64,000 nt of DNA from positions 107,880,001-107,944,000 of the forward strand of contig OX597822.1 in assembly GCA_951406725.2 (NCBI GenBank). The letters are read 5' to 3'. Position numbers and translations under genes: made by a program. The notes beneath the pieces were generated by a model. The model was not told where the DNA came from. It did no database searches and saw only the letters and a list, made by a program, of their open reading frames with translations. Positions 54,501 to 64,000 of the stretch are shown piece after piece; within the stretch, counting starts at the first letter, position 1; each line of letters starts with the position of its first letter. Source of the stretch: Octopus vulgaris. Its lineage: Eukaryota.

Positions 54501-55932
54501 TATAGGCACACACAATATATAGAAATACAGACACGTATATAATCATATAGATGTCACACACACACAAAGACACTAACGCACAATAACATACATACACACA
54601 TGTATATATAATATTTAGAAAATTGTTTGAATAGATTTTTCCGAATAATATTTGCCGTCTAAGTATTATTTTTATGGAAAAGCAGTTTTATCTTAACTGA
54701 GAATGAAATATTTTCGGAAACAGTTATTTGTTACAATTTAGGAAAATGTTGAAGTTGAATTTAAAAGTTAACAAGAATTTTAATAGAATATATTTTCCAA
54801 ACCCGTTGGCATTTATGTTTTACCTGATTATACTAACCTTTATACATAAATCTCGTCATAATTCATAAAGTCAAACATAATTTTAAAAATAGTTCAATAT
54901 TGATCTCTCATTTGATAAATGCGATCTCTTAATGATTTTCGACTTAATTATTCACAAACTGTTTTGTTTACTCTTTTGATTGTCAGTCTTTAAGTACATA
55001 ACGTTTAATCAAAAACACCTCATTTGAAGATTTAATGAAGACACTTATTAAAATTATTCAAAATACATTGTAGTGTCATTAGAATGTGTTTACGCTTTAT
55101 GAAGTTTTAACATAAGTTTCATTTCGTTTTTGTAACCTGTACGTGAGATAATGGCAAAAAGGAAAGTACGATGAATTAGAATTCAACATCGTACTAGAAT
55201 TTCCCGGAAGAGAAACCCGGTAATTACTTTTAGACAAGGTATGTTATGTTTATATAATTTTAATGGAAATAACTTGTAGACGGCGTAAACAAACTATAAG
55301 TATGTTTTGGTGCTTTGCCAAGTCGAAATATCATTAATTTCCACACCGCTTATTGAAGCCATCAATTACATAATTAAAGATGTCCAAAATGACAGGAACC
55401 TATCTTACTCACAACTACAGTATTGGTTTATTTAAACTTACAGCCAGGTACCTTATTATCACTACTGAAAAATGCAGTAGTGCACCAGTGATAGAAAGAG
55501 CACAGCATAACAAACCCATCGATTGTTTTGGGGGAATAGGTGGCACACGGTAAAACGATTCCACAAGTTGACGTATGGGAGGAGGTGACATATTTGAAAT
55601 TTAATTTTGTCAATCTTTGTTTATAAAATAAATTAGTTTGAAAAACCGAATGGAAAACTAGGTTAAAATAAATATATATATTATTGCTATTCAAGTAGGC
55701 AATAAATATTTCTAGTACAAACGGTGCCTCTCCAAACTGGAGTCAGCTATTTACCATAATGAATACAACATATATAATGGATTAATATGAAAGAATACGA
55801 ATGTGAATTAGCGGTTGGTCGTAAGAGAGAGGTTAATACTAGAACTTAGAATTAGTTTAATAGTTATGAAGACATTTCTAATAATATAAATAATTTATAC
55901 ATACACACTATATATATATGTGTGTGCATGTA

Positions 55933-55979
<47 letters not shown>

Positions 55980-56399
55980 ATGTATATGTATATACAAATA
56001 TATGTATATATATATATATGTATATACATACATATATATACACACACATATATACCCACATAGAGTGCATACATTCTGTAAACTGACACGCTTGCTCACC
56101 AAATAAAGCCTTATTCGTAGTATTACTGTTTTCATATTGATAAAGACACTTAAACTTGAAATAATTTAATCAAAATTAACTAAAAATATTTCGTAGTTAA
56201 AAAAGTATTGTTTGATTTTATATTGGGATAGCAGGAGAGCATTAGAAAGCCTTTTCCTGCTCAATATGCACTCGCTGAATAGCATTGGGAGTTCTGTTAG
56301 GCTAATGAATAAAATAATGAACCATCAGCCTTTTGCTAGTTTTGATTTATCGGTATTGCATATTCTGCTCTGACAACCGACTATGAAAGCTAATCGTTC

Positions 56400-57500
56400 A
56401 ATTTATTGTTATTTAACCTGTGGTCAACGGTGATTGGCGAAACCGATAATGAGAATCCTTTCCTCCACGATCATCAATTTTCTTTTCCGGAGTGCATCAC
56501 CAAATATTTTCTTTATTTACTCTGTGTAGAATGTGTATCAAGTGAGAATCTTGCGTTGCTTCTAGCAAGTAAATTGATAAACCAAAGGTTACTACATAAG
56601 GCTAATCAATTGTACTTTTTTTTCAATCATGCTGTAACTAGATATGGAATATGTGTTAGAAGGTGTTTTTCAATACGATACAATATGTAGAGCACCGATT
56701 GCCTTGACCAAAACATTTCTCAGATCTTTCATGAAAGTCAGGTTTTTCGACAAGTATAATTTTCAAACTAATTACAGCTTTTCGTGTTAAGCGCTTGATA
56801 AATACGAGTGTTGAACAGTACTCTATAGTAACTCTCCATTTGATTGCTCTTCATAGCTGGACAATTATTAATTGCAAAGAGAAGCAACGTCCTATTAATA
56901 ACTTCATGCTAAATATGATGTGACACCTCTCTCGCATTCACAGAAGATTCCATATTTTATACGGCGATGGCAAAAGTATCAAGTGCAATGCACATAATGT
57001 ACGAAAAAATATTTTAAAATATATGTATCGATATTCAAGAATAAGCAAGAAGTGGAATAGCATAAACAACTCACACGAACTGCGAGTGAGTAGAGGATCT
57101 GATTCGCGCCCGTTGACGAAGACTTAAAATCCATGATGTTTCTGAACCACTTGACTGTGATCACGGTGCATTAGAGATGGTGAATAAATGGCAGTAACGG
57201 AAAACACATTGGATGTCACAATGTACTACGATCCACTGTGTGCATTTCAGGTCAATGAACCTACATTTTTGTCGAGTTGGTTACGCAATGAAAAGTAGGT
57301 CTACATTTATAAACCGGAAATGTTTCAGAGAGGTACGTAGAAGCCGCATCTCTTCTCCAAGACGCAAGAATCTCAAGAGACAGCGACCGGCACAGAAAGC
57401 AATGGTTACTGATTTGGGATGACAAGAGCATAATTCCTTTCGAACTTTCTGGGGACGGTGCTTTGATAAGTTAAAATATCTTACTGGAGCCATTCGGCGT
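56400..57500 (+). mobile_element. Possible highly decayed hAT transposase
   Basis: Scattered TVIGET, DHGALEM and TIHCVH remnants in hAT-like order. Confidence 0.3.
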
Positions 57501-57564
57501 ACGTGGCCGAACAAGTATTTATAAACGGCTCACATTTTCCATGAAAATGCGCAACCACTCATTA

Positions 57565-57798
57565 GTTTACTCTTTTACTCATTTACTATTTTACTTGTTT
57601 CAGTCATTTGACTGCGGCCATGTTGGAGCACAGCCTTTTTTAATCGAGCAACTCGACCCCGGGACCTATTCTTTTTGTAAGCCCAGTACTTATTCCATCG
57701 ATATCTTTTGCCGAACCGCTAAGTAACGGGGACATAAACACACCAGCATCGGTTGTCAAGCAATGCTAGGGGGACAAACACAGACACAAACACACCCA

Positions 57799-57857
<59 letters not shown>

Positions 57858-58349
57858 AAATGGAAAGATGAATTATCTTGTTACGGATTATTCAAAGGTT
57901 TCACCGATACCTGGGTAGCAAAAATCACAGCAGAAAAAACACGGTTGGAGTTATGATCATAGGGTGTTGCAACCGTGCGTTGGCGCGGATAATTGAAGTT
58001 TAATATAATTAGTGAATGGAAGAAATGGAGCTGAACGAAGATTCTACAGAATTCCTTTTATTACATTCTACACATGTTTCAAAGGCCACAAATTTCCAAA
58101 TTCTGATTGAATAAGGATACCATATTGCAGCTTTCTCTTCAGGAAAATCCAGGAATTACGATGTCCAAACAAAATATATATATACGACAGGCTTCTTTCA
58201 GTTTCCGTCTACCAAATCCACTCACAAGGCCTTGGTCGGCCCGAGGCTATAGTAGAAGACACTTGCCCAAGGTGCCACGCAGTGGGACTGAACCCGGAAC
58301 CATATGGTTGGTAAACAAGCTACTTACCACACAGCCACTCCTATGCCTA
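57565..58349 (-). mobile_element. SINE family A split by a ~320-bp insertion in its internal (TA)n
   Basis: 3' half 57565-57800, 5' half 58183-58349, foreign sequence 57851-58173. Confidence 0.85.
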
Positions 58350-59075
58350 TTATTACCAAATTTTGCAAACTTTAAATTTGTACTGGTTAGTGGTCACCAA
58401 TCCATATCTCGGATCTAGTATCCTGTGACGTACTCTTATTCGGTTTAAAGAAGTATTGTCTTCAGGGCGAGGCGTGTGTGTGTGTGGGGGGGGATGTATT
58501 TGGTGAAAGAGAAAGTTGAAGTAAAAGGAATTGTGAAGAAGTGGGTTCAAAAATTCACAATTGCATATTATTACATATAACTAGTAACATACAGACTTAC
58601 TAGGTTTTGAGAGTTACGCTCAATGATGGCGGAAATGCCTCGTCGAGTGTACCACTTGAACCCTAATTTCAAGTGTGCATTACTTCATCTCTCTTAGTCA
58701 ACAAATCTTTGTCACCGAAGATATACCTATTTCTTTACTACCCACAAGGGGCTAAACACAGAAGGAACAAACAAGGACAAACAATCGGATTAAGTCGATT
58801 ACACCGACCCCAGTGCGTAACTTGTACTTATTTAATCGACCCCAGAAGGATGAAAGGCAAAGTCGACCTCGGCGAAATTTGAACTCAGAACGTAACGGCA
58901 GACGAAATACCGCTCAGCATTTCGCCCGGTGTGCTAACGTTTCTGCCAGCTCGCCCGAAGATATACCCTCATTAAACCAAACATAAATAAGCCACAGAAT
59001 ACTAGATAGTAGATATGGATTGGTGATCACTAACCAGACCAAACTGAAAGTTTGCAGAATTTGTTACTAATAAGG
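58350..59075. mobile_element. MITE-like element with ~80-bp imperfect TIRs
   Basis: tgcaaacttt...ctggttagtggtcaccaatccatatct...atctagtatcctgtg vs cacagaatactagat...agatatggattggtgatcactaaccag...aaagtttgca. Confidence 0.8.
58728..58954 (-). mobile_element. SINE family B monomer with 13-bp TSD
   Basis: ccgaagatatacc at 58715-58727 and 58955-58967. Confidence 0.93.
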
Positions 59076-61585
59076 TAACGTAATAGACACTACTTCATTT
59101 TCATTTCAACTCCTAAACAGTATGAAAATCAAAGAATTATTTTTTATTGCCCTCGTGCGATAAGAATGTGATTGTTTGAAAAAAGTGAAATGTACACACC
59201 CTAAGTCTATGAGTAGTAACAAGGCGCCCAGTACTTCCAAATCCGCTACCTGTTTTTCACTCGACTCAATGTTACATTTCGTTATATTTGCTCCTACGTA
59301 CCTCTCTGAATTAGATATCGTGATCTCCGCTATAGAACTCAACCGTTATTTGTAATTTTGATGTTACATATTCTGTTTGGTAGCAGTGGAAGTATAAAAC
59401 ATGCTGTTAACCGTGCCGAGTTATACACATAGAATTATATACAAACATAGAGGTACGCTTATTGAACATATACCCAAAGTTTATATTCTTCGTAGTATTG
59501 TTCAAGTTTGTTTATTTGTTGGTTTAACTCTAAGTATGATACTAATTGCTTTCTAATCTTTTATAATACTGCGGTTAAATATCAGACATTCCGTCATATA
59601 GGAAGCAATGTAATAAAAAGAGAAACTAATTAACTTTAGGTTTTTACATAACACCAACTTCGAAAACTTCTGCGCCCATCTTTATATCTTATGTTTCTGT
59701 TGGAATTTTTTTTTTCCTGCAATTTTAATAATGTTTTTTTTTTATTCCGCTACGAAACATCAACAAATATATTCGATTTACTCTAATGTTAACCATGATA
59801 CACTTATTCGCTGCAGATTCACCGAAGTGTTTGATGCTGAAGAGTTATTAAAAGTCGACAATTCCAATTCTTATCATAGACAACAGCTGGTTTGTACTTT
59901 TCGCGCCAGTTAAATTTTCATTAGCTTATGAACGTCTCCCACATAGTGAATGAACAATGAATTTCCAACGTATCTAAACGAATTATAAAGCGTAACAAAG
60001 TGTCTCCGTCAGATAAAAATAGACATTAAATTAATCTAAAGTAATTCTTTATTTATCAGTTACTTTGGTTGTAAATATTTCTGGAAGTATTGTCACCTAA
60101 TTGACTAGCGCATTTCGCAAAAATAGTGCCAATTTTGTTTTCAGTTTCTCACAAATAAGAAATTTAATAAAGATTATTTCTTTCTTTTTTTTATATTAAT
60201 ATTTAATATAATTCTTCTTTTCCCAAAATAATTCTTCTTGTATCAGTTGTGGAGATTTAATTTCATCAGTCTGTTCGTTGTGTCGATGAGTTAATAGATC
60301 ACTGAATTTATTATTTTTGACCTCTTTTAACAAACCCTTCTCTCAGAGTTCTTTCTACCCTTCTTCTACATTATAAACACTCAAAACTTATTGTTTCCTG
60401 CATTTCATTATTAGGATTTTCTCTCATCCAAACACACACATTCATATTTGTACGCAGATATAGCCCACACATACATATATGTACACGGATATAACACACA
60501 CATAAATCAACACATAGCCACGCATAAACAAATATACATTTACACACAAATTCATAGATGTCAGAGCCAGGCCATGCACAGAAACTTCATTAAATATATA
60601 AAGTAATATTTGCTAAATAGAGAGAGTGTCATCGTGTAAATCTTTTTTTACCGGGATTAATTTTTTTCTTTTTTGTCTGCAAAAGATAAACAATTTTAAT
60701 TTGTTTTTATTAATTAAATCATCTAATGTCAGCCAAATCCGCCAAAATCGGATGTCATTTGTAGGCTTGTAGAATCTGCTTGAACATCTATAGATGGTTA
60801 GGAATGAAATTTCGGAAGTGGGCGTTAAATGTTGAGAATCTGACAATGACTCTTAATTTCAGAAGTATCCATTAAGTGTTGAAAATCTGATAAAAACTTC
60901 TAATATTTAGGAATATTTCCGTCTCAGCTGAGATGTTAAATCAATGATGATACTGTGATAATTGTAGACATCAAAGTGTTTGGATTGCTTTGGGATTTGG
61001 CAAGCCCGTTGTGAGTTTCCATATATTGAGATATGTTCCTACTGAGAAAGAAAGCAAAAAGTGTTTGGTAGAATTGGACTTACTTGTTATATTTTGCGAT
61101 AAGAACACGAATGAAGTTATTTTTGTATTTATTAACCATATTACAAAAAGCATTAAGTCATGAGTATTCCGTCTTTTTTGCACGCGTTGTTTACTCCACA
61201 TTATATTATCCCATCTGTTCATACTGCAGACGGTGGAATTGTAATATAAATATGGATACTAATATCGGCGAGCGTAGAGGCATCCTCATAGCGGTTACGT
61301 TGGTGGTCTACAGGGAATTTAGCAGCACATTACCATTGTATGTATAGAACTTTTCTGAAATTGCAAACCTGCTACCAATGATGTTATATTTAAAATATGG
61401 CGGCGGCAGGGATTTGTAAAATTAGTGATTACCTATTGACAATTGACAAGATCATGTACTAAAATGTCTTATCCTTCTGACACAATTTGGGGAGAGGAAA
61501 ATGCCATCCCCATTTTAATATTCGTAACTATGTAGAAAGCATCTGACTGAGAATTACAGACAAAAGCAGTTATTCTATTATACAG

Positions 61586-61812
61586 CTCTTTTACTCTTTA
61601 CTCTTTTACTTATTTCAGTCATTTGACTGCGGCCATGCTGGAGCACGCCTTTAATCGAGCAACATGACCCCAGGACTTATTCTTTTGTAAGCCCAGTACT
61701 TATTCTATCGGTCTCTTTTGCCGAACCGCAAAGTAACGGGGATATAAGCACACCAGCATCGGTTGTCAAGCAATGCTAGGGGGAGAAATGCAGACACACA
61801 AACACACACACG

Positions 61813-61872
<60 letters not shown>

Positions 61873-62040
61873 TACGTCGGGCTTCTTTCAGTTTCCGTCT
61901 ACCAAATCCACTCACAAGGCATTGTTCGGCCCGAGGCTATAGTAGAAGACAGTTGCCCAAGGTGCCACGCAGTGGGACTGAACCCGGAACCATGTGGTTG
62001 GTAAACAAGCTACTTACCACACAGCCACTCCTGCGCCTAT
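61586..62040 (-). mobile_element. SINE family A, full length
   Basis: Colinear with 2656-3070. Confidence 0.92.
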
Positions 62041-62136
62041 ATTATTTTTAAGGCATTGAACACCGACGGGTAAAATGCAAATTTGAATGGGAGGGAATTA
62101 AATTCAGTTAAAATTGAATTGGAAGGAATTAAATTA

Positions 62137-62372
62137 AAGAAGTTTGCCAATGTTCAGGGACGTGAGAATCAAAGAACTGAAGTATTTCGGATTACAAAAC
62201 AATGTGTGAGAGAAAACCGTGATGTTAAAGGAGAGAAATATGTCCGCATAGATGATGGTGCCTTTGCGCTTAATGATTATGCAAAGAAAGAGGCTTGGAG
62301 AAGCCATTATGAAAGACTTCTGAATGTGGAGAATGAATGGGAGGAGGATACTCTGCCAAAGTTTGACCCGCT
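62137..62372 (+). mobile_element. RTE-like LINE fragment (APE-RT linker)
   Basis: EVFRITKQCVRENRDVKGEKYVRIDDG...KKEAWRSHYERLLNVENEW. Confidence 0.75.
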
Positions 62373-63409
62373 TAGAGATGGGAATGTTCTGTTCGATACA
62401 CAAAATTGCTGTTTTAGTCATGAGTATTTTTGTAATATCCTTATTGTATTGACGAGAAGTCTACTTAGATGCTTATGTAAAGGATGTACAGAAATTACCG
62501 CAAAATGTCACATGTAGAACGACAGACTGCAAAACGTAAATCAATTTATAGCCTTTACGATAAATCAGCAAATATTGTCCATGAACATTTGCTAAATCAA
62601 ACGCACATTTAGAATTTCAATAAAAGAAGTGAAAATAAAGCATAAACATTAATAGTTTATAGGTTTAAAATATGACTAACGTTTCTGCACAACTGAATGA
62701 AAGTAATGGCTTCCTAGAAACGTCGTTGTCGTTTAGTCCCAGGTCAAGATGATCTACAATAAAAAGAACTACAGCCTTTTACAACTACGAACATCCAGTA
62801 TTTTATTAGATATATTGTATATAAAACTATATTATGTAACGAGTCCTTCAGTTTTATGTAGGGTGAACGTAAATTGGCTGTTCTGCTAGCAGTTAATCTA
62901 CTTCAAGGAAATATTCTTTTTGGCTTATATTTGCACGAACGTTGCCGATAGCAGAAATACAACTCAGCTCGAAACTTCTCGTTAACGTTCCTATGGAGAG
63001 CTCCCCAGAAGTACTAAGAATATAAAATATAATACACATGTTTAAAGTTTAGCAGAGAAATTAGACATCCTTCAGAGTCTGTCTACAACTCGACTTCATA
63101 TGCGAATGTTTAGATTTTGCAAAGCTATATAAAAAGCATTCTGTAATGATTGCCATAATCGAGCCACCATGTATACACATTTTAGTGTAACGTTCAGACT
63201 TTTTGCTAGCCAAACACTCGAAGGTCATTATTGATCATTTGGCGAACCTGTTGAGTGGACTAAAGATATACACATTTTACCGACAGGAAGTGGATAGAAA
63301 CCCTTCCTGATTCATAAAACTTTATAAATATTTCAGTAGAAAAATACGTTGCGCACATATTCATAATATGGTAACAAGAGACAAAAAAAAACAAAAAAAA
63401 ATGTTAGAC

Positions 63410-63471
63410 ACGGGCCGAACAATGTCTTGTGAGTGGATTTGGTAGACGGAAACTGAAAGAAGCCCGTCGTA

Positions 63472-63547
<76 letters not shown>

Positions 63548-63575
63548 CGTGCGTGTGTTTGTGTGTCTGTATTAG
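63410..63575 (+). mobile_element. SINE family A middle fragment
   Basis: cttgtgagtggatttggtagacggaaactgaaagaagcccgtcg followed by TA/TG tract. Confidence 0.88.
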
Positions 63576-63888
63576 CTCCTGACCAACTTCAATAACATTA
63601 CACTAATAGCAGTAAATATTTCTATTTTCAAATGTCAAATGTAACTTAAATGCACTGGAGCAAATAGTAATAATAGGTGACATAAACACTAAGGCGATTC
63701 AACTTGTGGGTGAAGAAGAATTCAGGGTGCTTGTCAAACGTGTGAGAAGATCTAAGATCGCTATGCATGTTAGCAAGTACAGAATGGGAGGATGTTGGAA
63801 TATAAACAACAATTACACTGTCTTCGGTGTCTATGTATATATGAAAATATATACGTAGACAGATATGCAGACATCATGTACCCCACCC

Positions 63889-63933
<45 letters not shown>

Positions 63934-64000
63934 AATATAAGCGATATATATACATATACATAAAGCTTATATTTACAACGCCCCAAACACTTTCATACTC

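Overview
AT-rich animal genomic DNA with no recognisable host protein-coding gene; the repeat landscape (dense (TA)n/(TATC)n/(TAA)n tracts, characteristic tRNA-derived SINE families) looks like octopus intergenic or intronic sequence (taxon is an inference). Most long ORFs in the track are microsatellite artefacts; the real coding remnants are all transposon-derived: R4/Dong-like RLE LINEs, an internally deleted Ty3/Gypsy LTR element with both LTRs and a 5-bp TSD, CR1-like LINEs, a Tx1/L1-like LINE sitting in (TATC)n, an RTE fragment, mariners, a pogo-like MITE, a decayed Helitron and Penelope-like (PLE) pieces. Most notable: (i) a young 122-bp-arm inverted repeat in (TA)n carrying two copies of a near-canonical type I hammerhead ribozyme, plus three further hammerhead-like folds in other PLE-type repeats; (ii) two SINE-LINE partner pairs readable from shared 3' tails; (iii) head-to-tail 184-bp SINE multimers with an invariant junction that resembles the genomic target (GAWATACC). 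All calls were made by eye; boundaries of decayed elements are approximate.
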